Source: Eledone cirrhosa (lineage: Eukaryota). From it: a DNA stretch of 64,000 nt. Below the pieces are notes generated by a model that did not search any database, was not told where the DNA came from, and worked only from the letters and a program-made list of their open reading frames with translations. The stretch is from NCBI GenBank assembly GCA_964016885.1, contig OZ024754.1, positions 32,178,001 through 32,242,000 of the forward strand, in the 5' to 3' direction. Position numbers and translations under genes: made by a program. This document shows positions 13,401-28,400 of this stretch, one piece after another (positions within the stretch are counted from its first letter, which is position 1; each line of letters opens with the position of its first letter).

Positions 13401-16400
13401 TTGAACAGAAAGAGGTGAGAGAATTCTGGCTGGAGACAGCTGGTTTGAACAGAAAGAGGTGAGAGAATTCTGGCTGGATACAACTGGTTTGAACAGAAAG
13501 AGGTGAGAGAATTCTGGCTGGATACAGCTGGTTTGAACAGAAAGAGGTGAGAGAATTCTGGCTGGATACAACTGGTTTGAACAGAAACAGGTGAGAGAAT
13601 TCTGGCTGGATACATCTGGTTTGAACAGAAAGAGGTGAGAGAATTCTGGCTGGATACAGCTGGTTTGAACAGAAAGAGGTGAGAGAATTCTGGCTGGATA
13701 CAGCTGGTTTGAACAGAAAGAGGTGAGAGAATTCTGGCTGGATACAGCTGGTTTGAACAGAAAGAGGTGAGAGAATTCTGGCTGGATACAACTGGTTTGA
13801 ACAGAAAGAGGTGAGAGAATTCTGGCTGGATACAGCTGGTTTGAACAGAGAGAGGTGAGAGAATACTGGCTGGATACAACTGGTTTGAACAGAAAGAGGT
13901 GAGAGAATTCTGGCTGGATACAGCTGGTTTGAACAGAAAGAGGTGAGAGAATTCTGGCTGGATACAGCTGGTTTGAACAGAAAGAGGTGAGAGAATTCTG
14001 GCTGGATACAAATAGTTTGAACAGAAAGAGGTAAGAGAATTCTGGCTGGATACAACTGGTTTGAACAGAAAGAAGTGAGAGAATTCTGGCTGGATACAGC
14101 TGGTTTGAACAGAAAGAAGTGAGAGAATTCTGGCTGGATACAGCTGGTTTCAACAGAAAGAAGTGAGAGAATTCTGGCTGGATACAGATGGTTTGAACAG
14201 AAAGAAGTGAGAGAATTCTGGCTGGATACAACTGGTTTGAATAGAAAGAAGTGAGAGAATTCTGGCTGGATACAACTGGTTTGAACAGAAAGAAGTGAGA
14301 GAATTCTGGCTGGATACAGCTGGTTTGAACAGAAAGATGTGAGAGAATTCTGGCTGGATACAACTGGTTTGAACAGAAAGAAGTGAGAGAATTCTGGCTG
14401 GATACAGCTGGTTTGAACAGAAAGAAGTGAGAGAATTCTGGCTGGATACAGCTGGTTTGAACAGAAAGAGTGAGAGAATTCTGGCTGGATACAGCTGGTT
14501 CAAACTGAAAGAGGTGAGAGAATTCTGGCTGGATACAGCTGGTTTGAACAGAAAGAGATGAGAGAATTCTGGCTGGATACAGCTGGTTTGAACAGAAAGA
14601 GTGAGAGAATTCTGGCTGGATACAGCTGGTTTGAACAGAAAGAGTGAGAGAATTCTGGCTGGATACAGCTGGTTTAAACAGAAAGAGGTGAGAGAATTCT
14701 GGCTGGATACAGCTGGTTTGAACAGAAAGAGGTGAGAGAATTCTGGCTGGATACAGCTGGTTTGAACAGAAAGAGGTAAGAGAATTCTGGCTGGATACAG
14801 CTGATTTGAACAGAAAGAGGTGAGAGAATTCTGGCTGGATACAGCTGGTTTGAACAGAAAGAGGTTAGAGAATTCTGGCTGGATACAGCTGGTTTGAACA
14901 GAAAGAGGTAAGAGAATTCTGGCTGGATACAACTGGTTTGAACAGAAAGAGGTAAGAGAATTCTGGCTGGATACAGCTGGTTTGAACAGAAAGAGGTAAG
15001 AGAATTCTGGCTGTATACAGCTGGTTTGAACAGAAAGAGGTGAGAGAATTCTGGCTGGATACAGCTGGTTTGAACAGAAAGAGGTGAGAGAATTCTGGCT
15101 GGAGACAGCTGGTTTGAACAGAAAGAGGTGAGAGAATTCTGGCTGGATACAGCTGGTTTGAACAGAAAGAGGTGAGAGAATTCTGGCTGGATACAACTGG
15201 TTTGAACAGAAAGAGGTGAGAGAATTCTGGCTGGATACATCTGGTTTGAACAGAAAGAGGTGAGAGAATTCTGGCTGGATACAGCTGGTTTGAACAGAAA
15301 GAGGTGAGAGAATTCTGGCTGGATACAGCTGGTTTGAACAGAAAGAGGTGAGAGAATTCTGGCTGGATACAGCTGGTTTGAACAGAAAGAGGTGAGAGAA
15401 TTCTGGCTGGATACAACTGGTTTGAACAGAAAGAGGTGAGAGAATTCTGGCTGGATACAGCTGGTTTGAACAGAAAGAGGTGAGAGAATACTGGCTGGAT
15501 ACAACTGGTTTGAACAGAAAGAGGTGAGAGAATTCTGGCTGGATACAGCTGGTTTGAACAGAAAGAGGTGAGAGAATTCTGGCTGGATACAGCTGGTTTG
15601 AACAGAAAGAGGTGAGAGAATTCTGGCTGGATACAAATAGTTTGAACAGAAAGAGGTAAGAGAATTCTGGCTGGATACAACTGGTTTGAACAGAAAGAAG
15701 TGAGAGAATTCTGGCTGGATACAGCTGGTTTGAACAGAAAGAAGTGAGAGAATTCTGGCTGGATACAGCTGGTTTCAACAGAAAGAAGTGAGAGAATTCT
15801 GGCTGGATACAGATGGTTTGAACAGAAAGAAGTGAGAGAATTCTGGCTGGATACAACTGGTTTGAATAGAAAGAAGTGAGAGAATTCTGGCTGGATACAA
15901 CTGGTTTGAACAGAAAGAAGTGAGAGAATTCTGGCTGGATACAGCTGGTTTGAACAGAAAGATGTGAGAGAATTCTGGCTGGATACAACTGGTTTGAACA
16001 GAAAGAAGTGAGAGAATTCTGGCTGGATACAGCTGGTTTGAACAGAAAGATGTGAGAGAATTCTGGCTGGATACAACTGGTTTGAACAGAAAGAAGTGAG
16101 AGAATTCTGGCTGGATACAACTGGTTTGAACAGAAAGAGGTGAGAGAATTCTGGCTGGATACAACTGGTTTGAACAGAAAGAAGTGAGAGAATTGTGGCT
16201 GGATACAGCTGGTTTGAACAGAAAGAAGTGAGAGAATTCTGGCTGGATACAGCTGGTTTGAACAGAAAGAAGTGAGAGAATTCTGGCTGGATACAACTGG
16301 TTTGAACAGAAAGAAGTGAGAGAATTCTGGCTGGATACAACTGGTTTGAACAGAAAGAAGTGAGAGATTTCTGGCTGGATACAGCTGGTTTGAACAGAAA

Positions 16401-19400
16401 GAAGTGAGAGAATTCCGGCTGGATACAGCTGGTTTGAACAGAAAGAGGTGAGAGAATTCTGGCTGGATACAGCTGGTTTGAACAGAAAAAAGTGAGAGAA
16501 TTCTGGCTGGATACAGCTGGTTTGAACAGAAAGAAGTGAGAGAATTCTGGCTGGATACAGCTGGTTTGAACAGAAAGAGGTGAGAGAATTCTGGCTGGAT
16601 ACAACTGGTTTGAACAGAAAGAGGTAAGAGAATTCTGACTGGATACAGCTGGTTTGAACAGAAAGAGGTAAGAGAATTCTGGCTGGATACAACTGGTTTG
16701 AACAGAAAGAAGTGAGAGAATTCTGGCTGGATACAGCTGGTTTGAACCTAAAGAGGTAAGAGAATTCTGGCTGGATACAGCTGGTTTCAACAGAAAGAAG
16801 TGAGAGAATTCTGGCTGGATACACTTGGTTTGAACAGAAAGAGGTAAGAGAATTCTGGCTGGATACAGCTGGTTTGAACAGAAAGAGGTAAGAGAATTCT
16901 GGCTGGATACAGCTGGTTTGAACAGAAAGAAGTGAGAGAATTCTGGCTGGATACAGTTGGTTTGAACAGAAAGAGGTAAGAGAATTCTGGCTGGATACAG
17001 CTGGTTTGAACAGAAAGAAGTGAGAGAATTCTGGCTGGATACAGCTCATTTGAACAGAAAGAGGTGAGAGAATTCTGGCTGGATACAGCTGGTTTGAACA
17101 GAAAGAGGTGAGAGAATTCTGGCTGGATACAGCTGGTTTGAACAGAAAGAGGTGAGAGAATTCTGGCTGGATACAGCTGGTTTGAACAGAAAGAAGTGAG
17201 AGAATTCTGGCTGGATACAGCTGGTTTGAACAGAAAGAAGTGAGAGAATTCTGGCTGGATACAGCTGGTTTGAACAGAAAGAGGTGAGAGAATTCTGGCT
17301 GGATACAACTGGTTTGAACAGAAAGAGGTAAGAGAATTCTGGCTGGATACAGCTGGTTTGAACAGAAAGAGGTAAGAGAATTCTGGCTGGATACAACTGG
17401 TTTGAACAGAAAGAAGTGAGAGAATTCTGGCTGGATACAGCTGGTTTGAACAGAAAGAGGTAAGAGAATTCTGGCTGGATACAGCTGGTTTGAACAGAAA
17501 GAAGTGAGAGAATTCTGGCTGGATACAACTGGTTTGAACAGAAAGAGGTAAGAGAATTCTGGCTGGATACAGATGGTTTGAACAGAAAGAGGTAAGAGAA
17601 TTCTGGCTGGATACAACTGGTTTGAACAGAAAGAAGTGAGAGAATTCTGGCTGGATACAGCTGGTTTGAACAGAAAGAGGTAAGAGAATTCCCGCTGGAT
17701 ACAGCTGGTTTGAACAGAAAGAAGTGAGAGAATTCTGGCTGGATACAGCTGGTTTGAACAAAAAGAAGTGAGAGAATTCTGGCTGGATACAACTGGTTTG
17801 AACAGAAAGAAGTGAGAGAATTCTGGCTGGATACAGCTGGTTTGAACAGAAAGAAGTGAGAGAATTCTGGCTGGATACAGCTGGTTTGAACAGAAAGAGG
17901 TGAGAGAATTCTGGCTGGATACAACTGGTTTGAACAGAAAGAGGTGAGAGAATTCTGGCTGGATACAGCTGGTTTGAACAGAAAGAGGTGAGAGAATTCT
18001 GGCTGGATACAGCTGGTTTGAACAGAAAGAGGTGAGAGAATTCTGGCTGGATACAGCTGGTTTGAACAGAAAGAGGTGAGAGAATTCTGGCTGGATACAG
18101 CTAGTTTGAACAGAAAGAGGTGAGAGAATTCTGGGAGGATACAGCTGGTTTGAACAAAAAGAGGTGAGAGAATGCTGGCTGGATACAGCTGGTTTGAACA
18201 GAAAGAGGTGAGAGAATTCTGGCTGGATACAGCTGGTTTGAACAGAAAGAGGTGAGAGAATTCTGGCTGGATACAGCTGGTTTGAACAGAAAGAGGTGAG
18301 AGAATTCTGGCTGGATACAACTGGTTTGAACAGAAAGAGGTGAGAGAATTCTGGCTGGATACAGCTGGTTTGAACAGAAAGAGGTGAGAGAATTCCGGCT
18401 GGATACAACTGGTTTGAACAGAAAGAGGTGAGAGAATTCCGGCTGGATACAGCTGGTTTGAACAGAAAGAAGTGAGAGAATTCTGGCTGGATACAACTGG
18501 TTTGAACAGAAAGAGGTGAGAGAATTCTGGCTGGATACAGCTGGTTTGAACAGAAAGAGGTAAGAGAATTCTGGCTGGATACAGCTGGTTTGAACAGAAA
18601 GAGGTAAGAGAATTCTGGCTGGATACAGCTGGTTTGAACAGAAAGAGGTGAGAGAATTCTGGCTGGATACAACTGGTTTGAACAGAAAGAGGTGAGAGAA
18701 TTCTGGCTGGATACAGCTGGTTCGAACAGAAAGAGGTGAGAGAATTCTGGCTGGATAGAGCTGGTTTGAACAGAAAGAAGTGAGAGAATTCTGGCTGGAT
18801 ACAGCTGGTTTGAACAGAAAGAAGTGAGAGAATTCTGGCTGGATACAGCTGGTTTGAACAGAAAGAGGTGAGAGAATTCTGGCTGGATACAGCTGGTTTG
18901 AACAGAAAGAGGTAAGAGAATTCTGGCTGGATACAGCTGGTTTGAACAGAATTAAGTGAGAGAATTCTGGCTGGATACAGCTGGTTTGAACAGAAAGAGG
19001 TAAGAGAATTCTGGCTGGATACAGCTGGTTTGAACAGAAAGAAGTGAGAGAATTCTGGCTGGATACAGCTGGTTTGAACAGAAAGAAGTGAGAGAATTCT
19101 GGCTGGATACAGCTGGTTTGAACAGAAAGAAGTGAGAGAATTCTGGCTGGATACAGCTGGTTTGAACAGAAAGAGTGAGAGAATTCTGGCTGGATACAGC
19201 TGGTTCAAACAGAAAGAGGTGAGAGAATTCTGGCTGGATACAGCTGGTTTGAACAGAAAGAGGTGAGAGAATTCTGGCTGGATACAGCTGGTTTGAACAG
19301 AAAGAGTGAGAGAATTCTGGCTGGATACAGCTGGTTTGAACAGAAAGAGTGAGAGAATTCTGGCTGGATACAGCTGGTTTAAACAGAAAGAGGTGAGAGA

Positions 19401-22400
19401 ATTCTGGCTGGATACAGCTGGTTTGAACAGAAAGAGGTGAGAGAATTCTGGCTGGATACAGCTGGTTTGAACAGAAAGAGGTGAGAGAATTCTGGCTGGA
19501 TACAGCTGGTTTGAACAGAAAGAGGTGAGAGAATTCTGGCTGGATACAGCTGGTTTGAACAGAAAGAGGTTAGAGAATTCTGGCTGGATACAGCTGGTTT
19601 GAACAGAAAGAGGTAAGAGAATTCTGGCTGGATACAACTGGTTTGAACAGAAAGAGGTAAGAGAATTCTGGCTGGATACAGCTGGTTTGAACAGAAAGAG
19701 GTAAGAGAATTCTGGCTGGATACAGCTGGTTTGAACAGAAAGAAGTGAGAGAATTCTGGCTGGATACAGCTGGTTTGAACAGAAAGAGGTTAGAGAATTC
19801 TGGCTGGATACAGCTTGTTTGAACAGAAAGAGGTAAGAGAATTCTGGCTGGATACAACTGGTTTGAACAGAAAGAGGTAAGAGAATTCTGGCTGGATACA
19901 GCTGGTTTGAACAGAAAGAGGTAAGAGAATTCTGGCTGGATACAGCTGGTTTGAATAGAAAGAAGTGAGAGAATTCTGGCTGGATACAGCTGGTTTGAAC
20001 AGAAAGAGGTAAGAGAATTCTGGCTGGATACAACTGGTTTGAACAGAAAGAAGTGAGAGAATTCTGGCTGGATACAGCTGGTTTGAACAGAAAGAGGTAA
20101 GAGAATTCTGGCTGGATACAGCTGGTTTGAACAGAAAGAAGTGAGAGAATTCTGGCTGGATACAGCTGGTTTGAACAAAAAGAGGTGAGAGAATTCTGGC
20201 TGGATACAACTGGTTTGAACAGAAAGAAGTGAGAGAATTCTGGCTGGATACAGCTGGTTTGAACAGAAAGAAGTGAGAGAATTCTGGCTGGATACAGCTG
20301 GTTTGAACAGAAAGAGGTGAGAGAATTCTGGCTGGATACAACTGGTTTGAACAGAAAGAGGTGAGAGAATTCTGGCTGGATACAGCTGGTTTGAACAGAA
20401 AGAGGTGAGAGAATTCTGGCTGGATACAGCTGGTTTGAACAGAAAGAGGTGAGAGAATTCTGTCTGGATACAGCTAGTTTGAACAGAAAGAGGTGAGAGA
20501 ATTATGGCAGGATACAGCTGGTTTGAACAGAAAGAGGTGAGAGAATGCTGGCTGGATACAGCTGGTTTGAACAGAAAGAGGTGAGAGAATTCTGGCTGGA
20601 TACAACTGGTTTGAACAGAAAGAGGTGAGAGAATTCTGGCTGGATACAGCTGGTTTGAACAGAAAGAGGTGAGAGAATTCTGGCTGGATACAGCTGGTTT
20701 GAACAGAAAGAGGTGAGAGAATTCTGGCTGGATACAACTGGTTTGAACAGAAAGAGGTGAGAGAATTCTGGCTGGATACAGCTGGTTTGAACAGAAATAA
20801 GTGAGAGAATTCTGGCTGGATACAGCTGGTTTGAACAGAAAGAGGTAAGAGAATTCTGGCTGGATACAGCTGGTTTGAACAGAAAGAAGTGAGAGAATTC
20901 TGGCTGGATACAGCTGGTTTGAACAGAAAGAAGTGAGAGAATTCTGGCTGGATACAGCTGGTTTGAACAGAAAGAAGTGAGAGAATTCTGGCTGGATACA
21001 GCTGGTTTGAACAGAAAGAGTGAGAGAATTCTGGCTGGATACAGCTGGTTCAAACTGAAAGAGGTGAGAGAATTCTGGCTGGATACAGCTGGTTTGAACA
21101 GAAAGAGATGAGAGAATTCTGGCTGGATACAGCTGGTTTGAACAGAAAGAGTGAGAGAATTCTGGCTGGATACAGCTGGTTTGAACAGAAAGAGTGAGAG
21201 AATTCTGGCTGGATACAGCTGGTTTAAACAGAAAGAGGTGAGAGAATTCTGGCTGGATACAGCTGGTTTGAACAGAAAGAGGTGAGAGAATTCTGGCTGG
21301 ATACAGCTGGTTTGAACAGAAAGAGGTGAGAGAATTCTGGCTGGATACAGCTGATTTGAACAGAAAGAGGTGAGAGAATTCTGGCTGGATACAGCTGGTT
21401 TGAACAGAAAGAGGTTAGAGAATTCTGGCTGGATACAGCTGGTTTGAACAGAAAGAGGTAAGAGAATTCTGGCTGGATACAACTGGTTTGAACAGAAAGA
21501 GGTAAGAGAATTCTGGCTGGATACAGCTGGTTTGAACAGAAAGAGGTAAGAGAATTCTGGCTGTATACAGCTGGTTTGAACAGAAAGAGGTGAGAGAATT
21601 CTGGCTGGATACAACTGGTTTGAACAGAAAGAGGTGAGAGAATTCTGGCCGGATACAGCTGGTTTGAACAGAAAGAGGTGAGAGAATTCTGGCTGGATAC
21701 AGCTGGTTTGAACAGAAAGAGGTGAGAGAATTCTGGCTGGATACAGCTGGTTTGAACAGAAAGAGGTGAGAGAATTCTGGCTGGATACAGCTAGTTTGAA
21801 CAGAAAGAGGTGAGAGAATTCTGGCAGGATACAGCTGGTTTGAACAGAAAGAGGTGAGAGAATGCTGGCTGGATACAGCTGGTTTGAACAGAAAGAGCTG
21901 AGAGAATTCTGGCTGGATACAGCTGGTTTGAACAGAAAGAGGTAAGAGAATTCTGGCTGGATACAGCTGGTTTGAACAGAAAGAAGTGAGAGAATTCTGG
22001 CAGGATACAGCTGGTTTGAACAGAAAGAGGTGAGAGAATGCTGTCTGGATACAGCTGGTTTGAACAGAAAGAGGTGAGAGAATTCCGGCTGGATACAACT
22101 GGTTTGAACAGAAAGAGGTGAGAGAATTCTGGCTGGATACAGCTGGTTTGAACAGAAAGAAGTGAGAGAATTCTGGCTGGATACAACTGGTTTGAACAGA
22201 AAGAGGTGAGAGAATTCTGGCTGGATACAACTGGTTTGAACAGAAAGAGGTGAGAGAATTCTGGCTGGATACAGCTGGTTTGAACAGAAAGAGGTAAGAG
22301 AATTCTGGCTGGATACAGCTGGTTTGAACAGAAAGAGGTGAGAGAATTCTGGCTGGATACAACTGGTTTGAACAGAAAGAGGTGAGAGAATTCTGGCTGG

Positions 22401-25400
22401 ATACAGCTGGTTTGAACAGAAAGAGGTAAGAGAATTCTGGCTGGATACAGCTGGTTTGAACAGAAAGAAGTGAGAGAATTCTGGCTGGATACAGCTGGTT
22501 TGAACAGAAAGAGGTGAGAGAATTCTGGCAGGATACAGCTGGTTTGAACAAAAAGAGGTGAGAGAATGCTGGCTGGATACAGCTGGTTTGAACAGAAAGA
22601 GGTGAGAGAATTCTGGCTGGATACAGCTGGTTTGAACAGAAAGAAGTGAGAGAATTCTGGCTGGATACAGCTGGTTTGAACCTAAAGAGGTAAGAGAATT
22701 CTGGCTGGATACAGCTGGTTTGAACAGAAAGAAGTGAGAGAATTCTGGCTGGATACACTTGGTTTGAACAGAAAGAGGTAAGAGAATTCTGGCTGGATAC
22801 AGCTGGTTTGAACAGAAAGAGGTAAGAGAATTCTGGCTGGATACAGCTGGTTTGAACAGAAAGAAGTGAGAGAATTCTGGCTGGATACAGTTGGTTTGAA
22901 CAGAAAGAGGTAAGAGAATTCTGGCTGGATACAGCTGGTTTGAACAGAAAGAAGTGAGAGAATTCTGGCTGGATACAGCTCATTTGAACAGAAAGAGGTG
23001 AGAGAATTCTGGCTGGATACAGCTGGTTTGAACAGAAAGAGGTGAGAGAATTCTGGCTGGATACAGCTGGTTTGAACAGAAAGAGGTGAGAGAATTCTGG
23101 CTGGATACAGCTGGTTTGAACAGAAAGAAGTGAGAGAATTCTGGCTGGATACAGCTGGTTTGAACAGAAAGAAGTGAGAGAATTCTGGCTGGATACAGCT
23201 GGTTTGAACAGAAAGAGGTGAGAGAATTCTGGCTGGATACAACTGGTTTGAACAGAAAGAGGTAAGAGAATGCTGGCTGGATACAGCTGGTTTGAACAGA
23301 AAGAGGTAAGAGAATTCTGGCTGGATACAACTGGTTTGAACAGAAAGAAGTGAGAGAATTCTGGCTGGATACAGCTGGTTTGAACAGAAAGAGGTAAGAG
23401 AATTCTGGCTGGATACAGCTGGTTTGAACAGAAAGAAGTGAGAGAATTCTGGCTGGATACAACTGGTTTGAACAGAAAGAGGTAAGAGAATTCTGGCTGG
23501 ATACAGATGGTTTGAACAGAAAGAGGTAAGAGAATTCTCGCTGGATACAGCTGGTTTGAACAGAAAGAAGTGAGAGAATTCTGGCTGGATACAGCTGGTT
23601 TGAACAAAAAGAAGTGAGAGAATTCTGGCTGGATACAACTGGTTTGAACAGAAAGAAGTGAGAGAATTCTGGCTGGATACAGCTGGTTTGAACAGAAAGA
23701 AGTTAGAGAATTCTGGCTGGATACAGCTGGTTTGAACAGAAAGAGGTGAGAGAATTCTGGCTGGATACAACTGGTTTGAACAGAAAGAGGTGAGAGAATT
23801 CTGGCTGGATACAGCTGGTTTGAACAGAAAGAGGTGAGAGAATTCTGGCTGGATACAGCTGGTTTGAACAGAAAGAGGTGAGAGAATTCTGGCTGGATAC
23901 AGCTGGTTTGAACAGAAAGAGGTGAGAGAATTCTGGCTGGATACAGCTAGTTTGAACAGAAAGAGGTGAGAGAATTCTGGCAGGATACAGCTGGTTTGAA
24001 CAAAAAGAGGTGAGAGAATGCTGGCTGGATACAGCTGGTTTGAACAGAAAGAGGTGAGAGAATTCTGGCTGGATACAGCTGGTTTGAACAGAAAGAGGTG
24101 AGAGAATTCTGGCTGGATACAGCTGGTTTGAACAGAAAGAGGTGAGAGAATTCTGGCTGGATACAACTGGTTTGAACAGAAAGAGGTGAGAGAATTCTGG
24201 CTGGATACAGCTGGTTTGAACAGAAAGAGGTGAGAGAATTCCGGCTGGATACAACTGGTTTGAACAGAAAGAGGTGAGAGAATTCCGGCTGGATACAGCT
24301 GGTTTGAACAGAAAGAAGTGAGAGAATTCTGGCTGGATACAACTGGTTTGAACAGAGAGAGGTGAGAGAATTCTGGCTGGATACAGCTGGTTTGAACAGA
24401 AAGAGGTAAGAGAATTCTGGCTGGATACAGCTGGTTTGAACAGAAAGAGGTAAGAGAATTCTGGCTGGATACAGCTGGTTTGAACAGAAAGAGGTGAGAG
24501 AATTCTGGCTGGATACAACTGGTTTGAACAGAAAGAGGTGAGAGAATTCTGGCTGGATACAGCTGGTTCGAACAGAAAGAGGTGAGAGAATTCTGGCTGG
24601 ATACAGCTGGTTTGAACAGAAAGAAGTGAGAGAATTCTGGCTGGATACAGCTGGTTTGAACAGAAAGAAGTGAGAGAATTCTGGCTGGATACAGCTGGTT
24701 TGAACAGAAAGAGGTGAGAGAATTCTGGCTGGATACAGCTGGTTTGAACAGAAAGAGGTAAGAGAATTCTGGCTGGATACAGCTGGTTTGAACAGAATTA
24801 AGTGAGAGAATTCTGGCTGGATACAGCTGGTTTGAACAGAAAGAGGTAAGAGAATTCTGGCTGGATACAGCTGGTTTGAACAGAAAGAAGTGAGAGAATT
24901 CTGGCTGGATACAGCTGGTTTGAACAGAAAGAAGTGAGAGAATTCTGGCTGGATACAGCTGGTTTGAACAGAAAGAAGTGAGAGAATTCTGGCTGGATAC
25001 AGCTGGTTTGAACAGAAAGAGTGAGAGAATTCTGGCTGGATACAGCTGGTTCAAACAGAAAGAGGTGAGAGAATTCTGGCTGGATACAGCTGGTTTGAAC
25101 AGAAAGAGGTGAGAGAATTCTGGCTGGATACAGCTGGTTTGAACAGAAAGAGTGAGAGAATTCTGGCTGGATACAGCTGGTTTGAACAGAAAGAGTGAGA
25201 GAATTCTGGCTGGATACAGCTGGTTTAAACAGAAAGAGGTGAGAGAATTCTGGCTGGATACAGCTGGTTTGAACAGAAAGAGGTGAGAGAATTCTGGCTG
25301 GATACAGCTGGTTTGAACAGAAAGAGGTGAGAGAATTCTGGCTGGATACAGCTGGTTTGAACAGAAAGAGGTGAGAGAATTCTGGCTGGATACAGCTGGT

Positions 25401-28400
25401 TTGAACAGAAAGAGGTTAGAGAATTCTGGCTGGATACAGCTGGTTTGAACAGAAAGAGGTAAGAGAATTCTGGCTGGATACAACTGGTTTGAACAGAAAG
25501 AGGTAAGAGAATTCTGGCTGGATACAGCTGGTTTGAACAGAAAGAGGTAAGAGAATTCTGGCTGGATACAGCTGGTTTGAACAGAAAGAAGTGAGAGAAT
25601 TCTGGCTGGATACAGCTGGTTTGAACAGAAAGAGGTTAGAGAATTCTGGCTGGATACAGCTTGTTTGAACAGAAAGAGGTAAGAGAATTCTGGCTGGATA
25701 CAACTGGTTTGAACAGAAAGAGGTAAGAGAATTCTGGCTGGATACAGCTGGTTTGAACAGAAAGAGGTAAGAGAATTCTGGCTGGATACAGCTGGTTTGA
25801 ATAGAAAGAAGTGAGAGAATTCTGGCTGGATACAGCTGGTTTGAACAGAAAGAGGTAAGAGAATTCTGGCTGGATACAACTGGTTTGAACAGAAAGAAGT
25901 GAGAGAATTCTGGCTGGATACAGCTGGTTTGAACAGAAAGAGGTAAGAGAATTCTGGCTGGATACAGCTGGTTTGAACAGAAAGAAGTGAGAGAATTCTG
26001 GCTGGATACAGCTGGTTTGAACAAAAAGAGGTGAGAGAATTCTGGCTGGATACAACTGGTTTGAACAGAAAGAGGTGAGAGAATTCTGGCTGGATACAGC
26101 TGGTTTGAACAGAAAGAGGTGAGAGAATTCCGGCTGGATACAACTGGTTTGAACAGAAAGAGGTGAGAGAATTCCGGCTGGATACAGCTGGTTTGAACAG
26201 AAAGAAGTGAGAGAATTCTGGCTGGATACAACTGGTTTGAACAGAGAGAGGTGAGAGAATTCTGGCTGGATACAGCTGGTTTGAACAGAAAGAGGTAAGA
26301 GAATTCTGGCTGGATACAGCTGGTTTGAACAGAAAGAGGTAAGAGAATTCTGGCTGGATACAGCTGGTTTGAACAGAAAGAGGTGAGAGAATTCTGGCTG
26401 GATACAACTGGTTTGAACAGAAAGAGGTGAGAGAATTCTGGCTGGATACAGCTGGTTCGAACAGAAAGAGGTGAGAGAATTCTGGCTGGATACAGCTGGT
26501 TTGAACAGAAAGAAGTGAGAGAATTCTGGCTGGATACAGCTGGTTTGAACAGAAAGAAGTGAGAGAATTCTGGCTGGATACAGCTGGTTTGAACAGAAAG
26601 AGGTGAGAGAATTCTGGCTGGATACAGCTGGTTTGAACAGAAAGAGGTAAGAGAATTCTGGCTGGATACAGCTGGTTTGAACAGAATTAAGTGAGAGAAT
26701 TCTGGCTGGATACAGCTGGTTTGAACAGAAAGAGGTAAGAGAATTCTGGCTGGATACAGCTGGTTTGAACAGAAAGAAGTGAGAGAATTCTGGCTGGATA
26801 CAGCTGGTTTGAACAGAAAGAAGTGAGAGAATTCTGGCTGGATACAGCTGGTTTGAACAGAAAGAAGTGAGAGAATTCTGGCTGGATACAGCTGGTTTGA
26901 ACAGAAAGAGTGAGAGAATTCTGGCTGGATACAGCTGGTTCAAACAGAAAGAGGTGAGAGAATTCTGGCTGGATACAGCTGGTTTGAACAGAAAGAGGTG
27001 AGAGAATTCTGGCTGGATACAGCTGGTTTGAACAGAAAGAGTGAGAGAATTCTGGCTGGATACAGCTGGTTTGAACAGAAAGAGTGAGAGAATTCTGGCT
27101 GGATACAGCTGGTTTAAACAGAAAGAGGTGAGAGAATTCTGGCTGGATACAGCTGGTTTGAACAGAAAGAGGTGAGAGAATTCTGGCTGGATACAGCTGG
27201 TTTGAACAGAAAGAGGTGAGAGAATTCTGGCTGGATACAGCTGGTTTGAACAGAAAGAGGTGAGAGAATTCTGGCTGGATACAGCTGGTTTGAACAGAAA
27301 GAGGTTAGAGAATTCTGGCTGGATACAGCTGGTTTGAACAGAAAGAGGTAAGAGAATTCTGGCTGGATACAACTGGTTTGAACAGAAAGAGGTAAGAGAA
27401 TTCTGGCTGGATACAGCTGGTTTGAACAGAAAGAGGTAAGAGAATTCTGGCTGGATACAGCTGGTTTGAACAGAAAGAAGTGAGAGAATTCTGGCTGGAT
27501 ACAGCTGGTTTGAACAGAAAGAGGTTAGAGAATTCTGGCTGGATACAGCTTGTTTGAACAGAAAGAGGTAAGAGAATTCTGGCTGGATACAACTGGTTTG
27601 AACAGAAAGAGGTAAGAGAATTCTGGCTGGATACAGCTGGTTTGAACAGAAAGAGGTAAGAGAATTCTGGCTGGATACAGCTGGTTTGAATAGAAAGAAG
27701 TGAGAGAATTCTGGCTGGATACAGCTGGTTTGAACAGAAAGAGGTAAGAGAATTCTGGCTGGATACAACTGGTTTGAACAGAAAGAAGTGAGAGAATTCT
27801 GGCTGGATACAGCTGGTTTGAACAGAAAGAGGTAAGAGAAGTCTGGCTGGATACAGCTGGTTTGAACAGAAAGAAGTGAGAGAATTCTGGCTGGATACAG
27901 CTGGTTTGAACAAAAAGAGGTGAGAGAATTCTGGCTGGATACAACTGGTTTGAACAGAAAGAAGTGAGAGAATTTTGGCTGGATACAGCTGGTTTCAACA
28001 GAAAGAAGTGAGAGAATTCTGGCTGGAGACAGCTGGTTTGAACAGAAAGAGGTGAGAGAATTCTGGCTGGATACAACTGGTTTGAACAGAAAGAGGTGAG
28101 AGAATTCTGGCTGGATACAGCTGGTTTGAACAGAAAGAGGTGAGAGAATTCTGGCTGGATACAGCTGGTTTGAACAGAAAGAGGTGAGAGAATTCTGTCT
28201 GGATACAGCTAGTTTGAACAGAAAGAGGTGAGAGAATTCTGGCAGGATACAGCTGGTTTGAACAGAAAGAGGTGAGAGAATGCTGGCTGGATACAGCTGG
28301 TTTGAACAGAAAGAGGTGAGAGAATTCTGGCTGGATACAACTGGTTTGAACAGAAAGAGGTGAGAGAATTCTGGCTGGATACAGCTGGTTTGAACAGAAA